In this document: positions 50,571-60,133 of the stretch, piece by piece
How the letters are laid out: each line of letters starts with the position of its first letter
Numbering within the stretch: the stretch's first letter is position 1
DNA from: an uncultured beta proteobacterium
GTDB taxonomy: Bacteria > Pseudomonadota > Gammaproteobacteria > Burkholderiales > Burkholderiaceae_B
DNA: 64,000 bases
Reading direction: 5' to 3'
Assembly (NCBI GenBank): GCA_903903735.1
Contig: CAIUZV010000391.1
Location: 5,626-69,625, forward strand
Position numbers and translations under genes: made by a program
The notes under the pieces: generated by a model
Told to the model about the DNA's origin: nothing
The model's database searches: none
Seen by the model: the letters and a program-made list of their open reading frames with translations, nothing else

Positions 50571-51446
50571 TTAGCTGTTTATTATTTGCTCAACGGTTCT
50601 AACAGAAGAGCCCGCACTGTATTTAGAGATATATACCGCTCTCTGCGGTATGTAGATATCTTCGATGTTACTGGGTACGTCTGAGAAATGCTCCATCAAA
50701 TCATCCCTGATGAAGAACGCGTTTGTGCCAGTCAGCGCGTTGCAGCAAATTAATCTGTATCCAAATTTGGCAAAGCAAGTGACAAAGCTCTGCAGTGATG
50801 CTCCAAAATAATCATCGGTTGCCCATTGATGGTTTGGGTCATATTTAATACTGAACTCAATCGGAGGGGGGAATTTACCGTTGTATTCGACGATGAATAG
50901 TTTCGGGCGATGCCCTGAAACCAATAAGGCATCAATTAGATATAAATCATTTCCATCCAAATCCAAAGAGACTACGTCTACAGCACTAGAGTTAATCTTA
51001 TTCAAGCCCGCAGTGACAAGCGAATTTATATTCTCTAGAGTGATCCATTCTTTTAAATACCAGAATTTTTTGGACTTTGAATAGTCGAAAGCTAAATCCT
51101 GCCCTCCAACCCAAAAACCTTTCCAACCTAGAGCAGCAAATATTAAAGTATTACATTCTAAGCCGTCACCTACGCCAAACTCTGCGTAGGTACCAGACTG
51201 GAGATTAATTCGCTTTATGATTTCAAGTGAAATCCCATCTTCGTCAGATTGTGAAAAACACTTTTTCCCAAAGCGATTTAAAGGATTATTGTCCTTTCCC
51301 TTTAAGTTAAGCGTGCCACTTTGTATCAAAATGTCATGCACGTCTTTTAAAAGCTGGTTACTTTTTGGTCGATAAAAATAGGCCCATAGCTTTCTCTTTA
51401 GCGAGAGTACGGCGGGAATACTTTTTAGGTAAGATTTGATGCCCAT
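50571..51446 (-). CDS. FkbM-like methyltransferase-fold protein
   Basis: SQSDEDGI, EFGVGDG, SLDLDGND, VEYN, GASL, NAFF. Confidence 0.65.
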   Translation of the reverse strand: MGIKSYLKSIPAVLSLKRKLWAYFYRPKSNQLLKDVHDILIQSGTLNLKGKDNNPLNRFGKKCFSQSDEDGISLEIIKRINLQSGTYAEFGVGDGLECNTLIFAALGWKGFWVGGQDLAFDYSKSKKFWYLKEWITLENINSLVTAGLNKINSSAVDVVSLDLDGNDLYLIDALLVSGHRPKLFIVEYNGKFPPPIEFSIKYDPNHQWATDDYFGASLQSFVTCFAKFGYRLICCNALTGTNAFFIRDDLMEHFSDVPSNIEDIYIPQRAVYISKYSAGSSVRTVEQIINS

Positions 51447-51529
51447 TAAGATCTATTTAACTCCACATGGTGCGAGGTTTGTTCGGATGCAAATGTTGGT
51501 TTACCACTGCATGTCAAGGCTAGAAACGA

Positions 51530-52933
51530 CTATAGAAAGTAACGATACAGCAGGAGGTTTAAAGTGATGGCGGTTGTCACTGTACCAAACAGCCACACCG
51601 AGAGCCAAATGCACCCATTTTGTTTGAACGTTGATTGAGCTGGATAGATCGCCGTGAGTGCATAAGCGATCAAAATCCCTGGTATTAAAAAATATCGACC
51701 AACGACTCCTTCAATCACCGCTGCTGGATGCGGTGTCCATGTCACCAACACCGAGAAAAACACGATAAAAAGCATGCCAGCAGCAGAAGAAAGCATCAAT
51801 AATCTTGTAGGCCAATATTTTTTTAATTCTGATGCATTGACGGAGATGACAGCGATTGTAAGGAGCGCAAAAAACATATATTTGTACTCAGATCCAGGGA
51901 ATGGCGTATCTAGCCAGCCTAGTAAGCCAATAAAGGAGCTGAAATAACCTTTCAAAACGTCAATATTTGTGAGTGTCCTCCAAAATACAGCAAATAACTC
52001 GTCGGGTTGTGTGACGTAGTAATAGATAATCTGCTGCGAGGTCGCCCCAAGCGCAACCCGCCCATCTACCGTTGTGCTCAGGGTTAATAGCTGCCAGCCA
52101 ATTATCCCCAGCGCAGAAATCATCAGCATAAGTAAATACTTATAGCGCCGATGTGCCCAACCTTCGGCTAGTAATAATAGAGCCATTGGAAAGGTCTGCA
52201 GTCGGCTGGCGGCTAATAGTGTCCAAATTAAAAGTCCGAGCACCAGGAGTTTAGTGTTGAAAGTAGAACGGTCTTGTCGACATTTAAGATAGATTGAAAT
52301 TAATAATATTGATAAAGCTGTAGCAATGCCGTCTAAACTCGCTGACGCAAATTGAAACAGACTCATTGGCATTAGGAGCAGTGCGACAGTTAAGTAGCTT
52401 GACGGGACAAGGCAAAAGGCATAAAAAATGATGATGCAAATCGTAATGAGCAGGATGATTCGGGTTAGATAATAAGAATCTGCGACGGACAGTCCGATTG
52501 TTTCGCCCGCTCGTAATCCTAATCCATGTATTAAGTAGATCGCCGGAAAATAATAGGCCATACCTGGCGCAGATCGAAACTCAGTTAATCCAGTCCAGGT
52601 GATCTGCTTTGCTAAAGCAATATTTTCAGAGTTAAGTTTTTGTGCCGGTTGAAATGGAAGATTTGAATACGCATCCATGTATCGCGCGAGCCCGGTATCT
52701 ATAAAGCCTCCACTCGCTTTACCATCAGAAGCGATCAAAACAATCTGACCTTTCGAGAATAAATAAGCCCGAGTGAGATGATCAAATTCGTCTGGAGACT
52801 GAAAAGGAGGTACGACTATAGCAATTAGTATGCTTAAAGAAAACAACCACATCGCAAGTGCGGCGTGCAGAAGCTTCGGGGGAAAGTCAAATTGCCACCG
52901 ACTGTGCCGGGGTATTGGTCTGGGTGGTAACAT
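51530..52933 (-). CDS. DUF2142-type polytopic membrane protein (GT-C-like)
   Basis: PPFQSPDEFDH after TM1, PMSLFQ..S.S.D, GLLGWLDT, GRYF. Confidence 0.78.
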   Translation of the reverse strand: MLPPRPIPRHSRWQFDFPPKLLHAALAMWLFSLSILIAIVVPPFQSPDEFDHLTRAYLFSKGQIVLIASDGKASGGFIDTGLARYMDAYSNLPFQPAQKLNSENIALAKQITWTGLTEFRSAPGMAYYFPAIYLIHGLGLRAGETIGLSVADSYYLTRIILLITICIIIFYAFCLVPSSYLTVALLLMPMSLFQFASASLDGIATALSILLISIYLKCRQDRSTFNTKLLVLGLLIWTLLAASRLQTFPMALLLLAEGWAHRRYKYLLMLMISALGIIGWQLLTLSTTVDGRVALGATSQQIIYYYVTQPDELFAVFWRTLTNIDVLKGYFSSFIGLLGWLDTPFPGSEYKYMFFALLTIAVISVNASELKKYWPTRLLMLSSAAGMLFIVFFSVLVTWTPHPAAVIEGVVGRYFLIPGILIAYALTAIYPAQSTFKQNGCIWLSVWLFGTVTTAITLNLLLYRYFL

Positions 52934-53037
52934 GGTGCCGCGCCAAAGACAGAGCGTGTAACAGCTGATCGGTCGATTGTATCTCGGCTTTAGCTTTTGC
53001 GACCGATGTAAACCCAGCGCAGTTTAATTAATTAAAA

Positions 53038-55038
53038 TTGGCATGGTTAAATCCCGTGGCGAACACTCAACAACATATTAAATATCGCAAGGATATTGAC
53101 GGTCTGCGCGGGCTTGCCGTATTGCTCGTAATCGTATTTCATGCATTTCCCGAGGCCCTGCCTGGCGGCTTTATCGGCGTAGATATATTTTTCGTGATTT
53201 CTGGATACTTGATTACAAGTATTATTTCTGAAAATCTAAAGCATAATAAATTCAGCTTTTTAGAATTTTATATACGGCGTATTAAGAGAATATTTCCGGC
53301 CCTATTACTAGTACTAGTCGCATGCTATGCAATGGGTTGGTTTACGTTGCTCCCGCACGAATATCAACAACTCGGCAAACATATTGCAGCCGGAGCGGTT
53401 TTTATATCAAACTTTATTTTATGGAATGAGGCGGGGTATTTTGATAATGCAGCAATTTCAAAGCCTTTGCTTCATCTCTGGAGTCTTGGAATTGAAGAAC
53501 AATTTTATATTTTTTGGCCCATTATTTTATGGGTGATTTTTAAGTGTCGACTCAGTGTGCTTGCCCTCATTGCAACGATTGCTACGATTTCTTTTGCGAT
53601 GAATTGTTGGCTTGTCTATCAAGATGCCACAGCGGCTTTTTATTCGCCCCTGACACGGATTTGGGAATTATTAGTTGGCGCGTTCATCGCTCAAAAAAGG
53701 AATACCGGGTATTCCCAGTTTCTTGGTATGCGAATGATCAGTGCCCTGTCGATCCTGTCTGGTGGTGTCATTGTGGTCAGTGCCTTTGTCATCAGCAAAA
53801 ACTCATACTTCCCAGGGGTATGGGCTTTATTGCCCACCGTTGCGACCGCGATCTTGATCGCGCTAGGATCCTCGAGCCAGCTTAATCGTAGTTTTCTATC
53901 CAGCCCGCTATTAGTATGGGTGGGATTAATCAGCTTTCCACTTTATCTTTGGCACTGGCCATTATTGTCTTTTGGAAGGATTCTTGAGGGAGAACCGCTA
54001 GGCGCATTCGCGCGAGCGATCATTTTGTTGATTTCAGTGGCACTAGCTTGGGCAACATATCAATGGGTGGAAAGGCCAATTAGATCCGATGCGAGATGCG
54101 GCACCAAAGCCCTGTGTTTGATTGTTCTAATGGCGCTTGTTGGTTACTGCGGTCTAAATGTGTATCTCCGGGATGGCTTAGGATTCAGAGGCCCGCAAAT
54201 CATCGGGAAAGACAAAGGATACGACGGAGGGCCCGGGGGTACGATGGTCTGGGCCTGTGGCCTGCCTCCAGAAATAAGTTCTAGCTTTACCTGTTGGCAA
54301 GATACTCGGCCTCAGTTGAAGTTTGCGTTGGTGGGTGATAGCAAAGCTTCTGCGCTGCACGGGGGTGTCGTGCGCACGTCGTCTGCTGACGGAAGGTGGC
54401 TTTTTATTGGCATGGGTAGCAAGGCCTCGCCACTTCCCATTATCACGAGCGACGCGCTTTATGCCCAGTATCAATATGGTTCAACGACGGCAATTCGATC
54501 CATAGCAGACAACAAGCAGATAGAAGTGGTGGTGATAGCTGCCGCCACCAGGGCATTGTTTCGCCTAAAAAATCACACTGATATCGAGGATTTAGAGGCG
54601 TCACCAAACTATCAGGTTGCGCTTGATGGGCTTCAGCGCGTGGTCGACGTTTTGAAAGCTAGTAAAAAGAAAGTGGTGTTTTTAATAGATAATCCGACAT
54701 TACCGCATCCTGAGGACTGTCTGCCACGCATCACGACATCTGAGGTGTTGAATCGCTTGTTACGGCAAACGATGAATCAGCGTTGCAGACTACCGCTAGA
54801 TAGGCACTTGGAATTGTCTCGGAAGTACCGAGTATTGTTAAATACGCTGGAAGAAAATAACAAGGGAGTTGTTTCACTTTTCGATACTATTCCTATTTTA
54901 TGTAGTACGAGTGAAAACAGTTGTTCGACCATTAAAAATGGGCGCTTGCTATATGGCGAGACAGACCACATCTCGGATCACGCTGCTGGACTTATTGGTA
55001 AAGACTTAAATGCATACTTGCACAGTTTATTGCGTTAG
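53038..55038 (+). CDS. Acyltransferase_3 + SGNH fused O-acyltransferase (OafA/OafB-like)
   Basis: YRKDIDGLRGLAV, HLWSLGIEEQFY, SFPLYLWHWP; SGNH motifs GDSKA and ETDH. Start codon uncertain. Confidence 0.92.
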   Translation: MAWLNPVANTQQHIKYRKDIDGLRGLAVLLVIVFHAFPEALPGGFIGVDIFFVISGYLITSIISENLKHNKFSFLEFYIRRIKRIFPALLLVLVACYAMGWFTLLPHEYQQLGKHIAAGAVFISNFILWNEAGYFDNAAISKPLLHLWSLGIEEQFYIFWPIILWVIFKCRLSVLALIATIATISFAMNCWLVYQDATAAFYSPLTRIWELLVGAFIAQKRNTGYSQFLGMRMISALSILSGGVIVVSAFVISKNSYFPGVWALLPTVATAILIALGSSSQLNRSFLSSPLLVWVGLISFPLYLWHWPLLSFGRILEGEPLGAFARAIILLISVALAWATYQWVERPIRSDARCGTKALCLIVLMALVGYCGLNVYLRDGLGFRGPQIIGKDKGYDGGPGGTMVWACGLPPEISSSFTCWQDTRPQLKFALVGDSKASALHGGVVRTSSADGRWLFIGMGSKASPLPIITSDALYAQYQYGSTTAIRSIADNKQIEVVVIAAATRALFRLKNHTDIEDLEASPNYQVALDGLQRVVDVLKASKKKVVFLIDNPTLPHPEDCLPRITTSEVLNRLLRQTMNQRCRLPLDRHLELSRKYRVLLNTLEENNKGVVSLFDTIPILCSTSENSCSTIKNGRLLYGETDHISDHAAGLIGKDLNAYLHSLLR

Positions 55039-55106
55039 CAAATGATGGGGAACGAATTGCCTAAGTTATCAAGTGCGAACAAGCGTTGCCCAGATCAGAC
55101 CAGCTC

Positions 55107-56237
55107 ATGAAGATATTAGTGGTCTTCGGTACGCGGCCAGAGGCCATCAAGATGGCTCCGCTAGTGCATGCACTTAAAGCGGAGCCAACACTCACCACTG
55201 AGGTGTGCGTAACCGCGCAGCATAGACAAATGTTAGACCAAGTGTTGGAGCTATTTGAGATCTGCCCAGAACATGATCTTAATCTGATGCGCCAGGGACA
55301 AGATTTGTATGACGTCACTAGCGTAGTGTTGCTGGCTATGAAGCAAGTGCTCATCACTACAAAACCGGATGTTGTGCTGGTGCATGGAGACACGACGACG
55401 GCCATGGCGGCTGCAATGGCTGCATTTTATGCAGGGATCCGGGTTGGTCACGTAGAGGCCGGTTTGAGAACTTGGGATCTTCGCGCCCCTTTCCCAGAGG
55501 AGTTTAATCGACAGGTTGTCAGCAGAGTCGCGCACTGGCATTTTGCGCCCACGCAGTCTAGTCGTCGAAACTTGCTTGCCGAGCAAGTGGATCCAGATAA
55601 GATCTATGTAATGGGCAATACGGTGATTGACTCCTTGTTCTGGGTATTGGAGCGGCTGAAACGTAATCGTGTAAGGCAGGATGCACTCAGCGCTGAGCTG
55701 TCGGCGTCAGTAGGTTTCGCATGGCAGTCAACCCCATTTGTGCTTATTACTGGCCATCGTAGGGAAAACTTTGGTGATGGCTTTTTAGCGATTTGCGAAG
55801 CGCTTCGGCAGCTGGCGAAAGCATTTCCTAGCACTCACTTTATATATCCCGTCCATTTGAATCCTCATGTGCGCAAGCCGGTCTTTGACTTGATTGCGGA
55901 TATAAAAAATATTCATTTGATCGAACCGCTGGAGTACGAAGCTTTTATTTTTCTTCTGAAGCATTGCCTGCTCGTGTTGACAGATAGTGGCGGGTTGCAA
56001 GAAGAAGCGCCTAGTCTAGGTAAGCCCGTTTTGGTCATGAGAGATGTGACAGAGCGTCCGGAGGCTGTCGAGGCTGGAACCGTACGGCTTGTCGGTGCGG
56101 ACACGGCTAAGATCGTGATGGAAGTGTCGCGGTTGATTCAAGACAGGGACGAATACCAAAGGATGGCCACATCGCACAACCCCTATGGGGATGGTCATGC
56201 CTGTGCCAGGATCGTTTCTGTGCTGAAGGATATCTAG
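55107..56237 (+). CDS. wecB: UDP-N-acetylglucosamine 2-epimerase (non-hydrolysing)
   Basis: FGTRPEAIKMAP, VHGDT, HVEAGLR, PFPEE, HRRENFG, TDSGGLQEEAP, NPYGDG. Confidence 0.96.
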   Translation: MKILVVFGTRPEAIKMAPLVHALKAEPTLTTEVCVTAQHRQMLDQVLELFEICPEHDLNLMRQGQDLYDVTSVVLLAMKQVLITTKPDVVLVHGDTTTAMAAAMAAFYAGIRVGHVEAGLRTWDLRAPFPEEFNRQVVSRVAHWHFAPTQSSRRNLLAEQVDPDKIYVMGNTVIDSLFWVLERLKRNRVRQDALSAELSASVGFAWQSTPFVLITGHRRENFGDGFLAICEALRQLAKAFPSTHFIYPVHLNPHVRKPVFDLIADIKNIHLIEPLEYEAFIFLLKHCLLVLTDSGGLQEEAPSLGKPVLVMRDVTERPEAVEAGTVRLVGADTAKIVMEVSRLIQDRDEYQRMATSHNPYGDGHACARIVSVLKDI

Positions 56238-56246
56238 CGTGAAATT

Positions 56247-57824
56247 ATGGAATTGAATTCCAGTTTCCTGAAAGGTGCCTTCTTTCGTAGAGTACAAAGT
56301 TTATTGACATGGATTTCTAAGAACCGGTATGTCGTTTTCGTTGGATTGTTGCTTGTCCAGGTTACAGCTTTTTCTTTACAAGGAATTTGGGTTGAGGATT
56401 TTTGGGAGCACAGCGCTGCGGTCACTGAGTTCATGCGCAACCCCATCTCACCGAGTCATCCACAGTTAAATATAGACGCACCTCATGCGTTTCTCAATCC
56501 TTATGCTTTTCTTGTTGCTCTGGTTGCTAATGCACTCGGGCTAACACCAATAATCGCACTTTCAGTTTTCGGTATCTTTAATTTTTGTGTCTTTTGTATT
56601 GGGGTATACGTATTTTCGTCCAATTTTTACAAGCAGTGTCCTCAAAAGATTGCTTTCTACGCGCTCTTACTGATCTTGTTTCTGTGGGGTCAACTGCCTT
56701 GGCCCTACAGTGGGTTTTTCAGCTACCAAATATTCTTATTTAATTTACCTTACCCATCGACACTCATCGGGGGCCTTTGCCTGTTGACTTTGGGAGTAAC
56801 GGGACGTTACCCAAATGGCGTTCCCGTCATCTGTTGGGCGGTTTTAGTTGTCGTGTTGGCGGTATGTTTACTCACTCATCCCTTGACTGCACAGTTTTTG
56901 ATTATTGGCTTAGTTGCACAAGCCTTATTGGCGGGCGGTAGTGTTGTTATTCGTTTGGTAAAAATCATATCGCTTTGTGTTGTAGCAATAGGCCTTGCCG
57001 CGCTGTGGCCGTATTATCCTTTCATTGATTTGTTTTTGGGTGCTGGGTCTGTGTACCACATTGCAAATCTTGATATGTATTTTCATTTGCCAAGCCGCAT
57101 TTGGCCTTTCGTAGCGCTTAGTCCTGTTATCGCTTGGATTTTATTTCAACGTCGGTATTGGACGCTCACTATTATGTTCGTTGGCACCATTCTGATCTAT
57201 GCGTTCGGATATTACTCACACACATACTCTTATGGGCGAATCATCTCGTACGCGATCATCATTGCGCAGGTTTCTTGTGCAATCGCGTTGGTCAAGTTAG
57301 AAAATTGGCTCAGTGAGGCTCGGCCGCGCGAAATGCTATTGATGCAAGCATTATTAGTTTTATTTTTTCTCGTGTGGTCTGCGGATTGGCTGTATACCTC
57401 CACATCTAGGCTTTTGACCGCCGCGAACAGTATGCGACTGGGAAGACCAGTATTTAACCAAGTCTCATATACGGGCTACAGTTTTTTATTTGAACGTCTG
57501 CCTGCTGGTTCAACGGTATTAGCTAATCTAGATACAAGCTGGCGAATACCTACGTTCGGAGCGAAAACGATTGCGATTGATAGAGCAACCGCTTTTGTGC
57601 CGGATGTATTGATACGAAAGGCTGATGTATTAAGATTTTTTGCGAGCGATACTTTAAGAGCCGATCGGATCGACATTCTCGGTCGGTATAGGCCGAAATT
57701 TGTTTTGCTTAGTAAAGAAAGTGACAAGGCGTGGGAGACAATTCAGTCAGAGCTTGTGCCAAGTTTGGGTAGAAATGTTGCCGTGCCAAACGAACAACTA
57801 ATATTGATTGAGTTGTATCAGTAG
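56247..57824 (+). CDS. Polytopic membrane protein, putative GT-C glycosyltransferase
   Basis: EDFWEH after TM1, PYPST, THPLT, WPYY; about 12 TMs and a soluble C-terminal domain. Confidence 0.55.
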   Translation: MELNSSFLKGAFFRRVQSLLTWISKNRYVVFVGLLLVQVTAFSLQGIWVEDFWEHSAAVTEFMRNPISPSHPQLNIDAPHAFLNPYAFLVALVANALGLTPIIALSVFGIFNFCVFCIGVYVFSSNFYKQCPQKIAFYALLLILFLWGQLPWPYSGFFSYQIFLFNLPYPSTLIGGLCLLTLGVTGRYPNGVPVICWAVLVVVLAVCLLTHPLTAQFLIIGLVAQALLAGGSVVIRLVKIISLCVVAIGLAALWPYYPFIDLFLGAGSVYHIANLDMYFHLPSRIWPFVALSPVIAWILFQRRYWTLTIMFVGTILIYAFGYYSHTYSYGRIISYAIIIAQVSCAIALVKLENWLSEARPREMLLMQALLVLFFLVWSADWLYTSTSRLLTAANSMRLGRPVFNQVSYTGYSFLFERLPAGSTVLANLDTSWRIPTFGAKTIAIDRATAFVPDVLIRKADVLRFFASDTLRADRIDILGRYRPKFVLLSKESDKAWETIQSELVPSLGRNVAVPNEQLILIELYQ

Positions 57825-59111
57825 TTAGCCCATCGCTTTTTTAGGCATGTGCCCTGCCAGGACCTTTTCGTAGACCTGAATGTAGCGATCAGCGACAACC
57901 TTCGCCGCAAAATTATTTACAGCATAGTTGCGGGAAAAGGCAGCAATCTCAAGATAGCGCTCTTTGTTCTCTAATAACCAATCTACGCCCTTGGCAAAGT
58001 CATCTAAATCAAAGGATGGAGCGACCCAGCCGCCACGGCCATGCACTACGATGTCGGGCACGCCTCCGATATTGAATCCGACAACGGGTACCCCGCACGC
58101 CTGCGCTTCTATCGCCGTATTCGGCAAGTTATCTTGCCGAGACGGGATCATCATGACATCAGCGGCTGAGTATAAATCTGCCATGACGACATCATTAGTT
58201 ACTCTACCCATTAAATGGACTCTGCCCGTAAGGTTTTGAGTGAGTGCAGGGCTTGTAGTTCCAAAGACAATTAACTCAATTGCATTTTTTGTGTGACTTG
58301 TTAGTTTTTGCATGATTGGACCAACCATATCCTCGCCCTTTATAGACGACATACCTCCCGCCGAACCGACCAACAAATAGTGATTGTCAGGATTCAGACC
58401 TAAGCGCGCTCGGGCCTGACGTTTGTCGATCGGTCGCCACACAGTTTCTGCATCGATTGGGTTGGGCACGACATGAACATCAATATCGGCGTTTCTAAAC
58501 AATGCGCTTTCTTTAATGCAAGTGCCCATCCATCGACTAGGCGCCACAAACGTTATGGCTTGATTAGCCCAGGCCGCTCTTTTTGTCTCCCAGGCATGTC
58601 GATTTAAATCTGGCCCGCTTTCTGTCAGAGGCCTGTTTGATGAAAGGTATCCCTCGCGGAAACGAGCCTCCGGCGTGTCGGGCGTTGAGTGCTCCCCTCC
58701 GCAGAAGACCCACATGTCGTGAACAGTCCAGACGATCGGCTTGTTAATTTCTCCGATATCCTGAATTGAAAGTAAGTCGGTAATCCAATGCAAATTCACG
58801 AGCTGCGATGAACTTTGATTGATTTCTGTGACGAGTCCTGCACTGGTATTACCAAACGTATGCATAATTGGATTTTCAGTACGCCAGTTACGTATTGAAA
58901 ATTCCCAAATTTGTTTTTTAATGCGATCGACTATTTTTTTTTGTAACGTACGAGGAATGCGTCCAGAGAGCACTCGGGCGTTCGCCGTGTCGTGTCGTAA
59001 GACACGCATCGAGCTTTCGACGGATTGTTCGGACAAAGCTTGATGTAAGCGATATGCAGATCGAGAGGCACCACCGCTATTATCATCTGTAGATAAATGA
59101 AGAACTTTCAA
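57825..59111 (-). CDS. Glycosyltransferase family 4 (WcaC-like)
   Basis: GGASRSAYRLH, NLHW, WTVHDMW, PSRQDNLPNTAIEAQACG. Confidence 0.92.
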   Translation of the reverse strand: MKVLHLSTDDNSGGASRSAYRLHQALSEQSVESSMRVLRHDTANARVLSGRIPRTLQKKIVDRIKKQIWEFSIRNWRTENPIMHTFGNTSAGLVTEINQSSSQLVNLHWITDLLSIQDIGEINKPIVWTVHDMWVFCGGEHSTPDTPEARFREGYLSSNRPLTESGPDLNRHAWETKRAAWANQAITFVAPSRWMGTCIKESALFRNADIDVHVVPNPIDAETVWRPIDKRQARARLGLNPDNHYLLVGSAGGMSSIKGEDMVGPIMQKLTSHTKNAIELIVFGTTSPALTQNLTGRVHLMGRVTNDVVMADLYSAADVMMIPSRQDNLPNTAIEAQACGVPVVGFNIGGVPDIVVHGRGGWVAPSFDLDDFAKGVDWLLENKERYLEIAAFSRNYAVNNFAAKVVADRYIQVYEKVLAGHMPKKAMG

Positions 59112-59147
59112 TGCCCGTCTCCTAAAAACTAAGCCCCACCTATGCAG

Positions 59148-60110
59148 CTATTTATTGGCAAAAAGAGTCTTTACTTTTTTTATTAGCCATTTAGGGCTAC
59201 GTTTTAATTGGTCGACTCGCCACTTGAAACGATTCATTATCCTGTCGGGGTGTAGCGAGCCTCCAAAATTCTGATTGAAAACAAATCTGTCAGCACGATA
59301 GTTTTGCCTAATGGCTTTGGGGTGGGTGAGTTGGCCTAGCGGAAGGGCAGCAAGGCTCGCCTGATCATTGGCGTTTACAGTGTGCGTTGCATCTGGCCCA
59401 AAGCCGATATTGGTCACTAGGTTAACATTCGGTGTGGCCGTTAACCCGCCGTGATACCAGACGCAAGCGGTCCACTGATAATCCCAAGTGTCAATTTCAC
59501 CAGCGCGAACACGATCAAGTAAGCTGCCCCATACTTTCCGTTCGACTGGATCGGGAGTTTTTTTTCGCCAGTCTTTCGTTTCTTTCCATTCTGGCCAATA
59601 GGGAATGTCGACACGGTAGTGTTGCCAAGCGCGACGCCAAGTGGCCCAACCCCAGCAGTGGTTATATTTTGAGAAATAATACGCTGCATCACTGCGGCGG
59701 CGCCCACCTTGGAAGTTATTTCCCGTGATAGCCCAAACGCGCTCGTCGGTTGCATAGCGTTGAAGTAATTCGTCACAAAATACAAAAAAGTCGTTATTTG
59801 GTAAGCAGTCATCTTCCAGCACGATAGCGGACTCAACTTGTTCGAACACCCAGTCCAACCCAGAGCTCACTCGACGTTTACACCCTAAGTTCTCATCTGA
59901 GTAATTCAGTTGAACGTGACAAGGCCAGTCGATATCGTTAACAATGGCTCGTGTCTCCTGACAACGTTCAATGTCTGTAGGATGATTTTTCCTGGGGCCG
60001 TCGGCAATAATCAGTAGATGTCGAGGTTTTTGTGCTCGGATGGCGGCAAAAGTTTGTGCCGTTTGGCGGGGACGATTGAAAATAATGTAGGCGATGGGGG
60101 TGTTGAGCAC
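59148..60110 (-). CDS. GT-A fold nucleotide-diphospho-sugar transferase, paralogue of 8621..9571
   Basis: PIAYIIFNRP, NLGCK, VLEDDC, WGWATW, DTWDYQW, NIGFG. Confidence 0.85.
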   Translation of the reverse strand: MLNTPIAYIIFNRPRQTAQTFAAIRAQKPRHLLIIADGPRKNHPTDIERCQETRAIVNDIDWPCHVQLNYSDENLGCKRRVSSGLDWVFEQVESAIVLEDDCLPNNDFFVFCDELLQRYATDERVWAITGNNFQGGRRRSDAAYYFSKYNHCWGWATWRRAWQHYRVDIPYWPEWKETKDWRKKTPDPVERKVWGSLLDRVRAGEIDTWDYQWTACVWYHGGLTATPNVNLVTNIGFGPDATHTVNANDQASLAALPLGQLTHPKAIRQNYRADRFVFNQNFGGSLHPDRIMNRFKWRVDQLKRSPKWLIKKVKTLFANK

Positions 60111-60133
60111 AGGGATGGGATATCGCGGGGAAA

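Noticed and set aside
56934-56941. Exact ops core GGCGGTAG
   Set aside because: It lies mid-CDS (Gly-Gly-Ser codons), lacks the downstream TG of the consensus and has no JUMPStart context; chance is sufficient.
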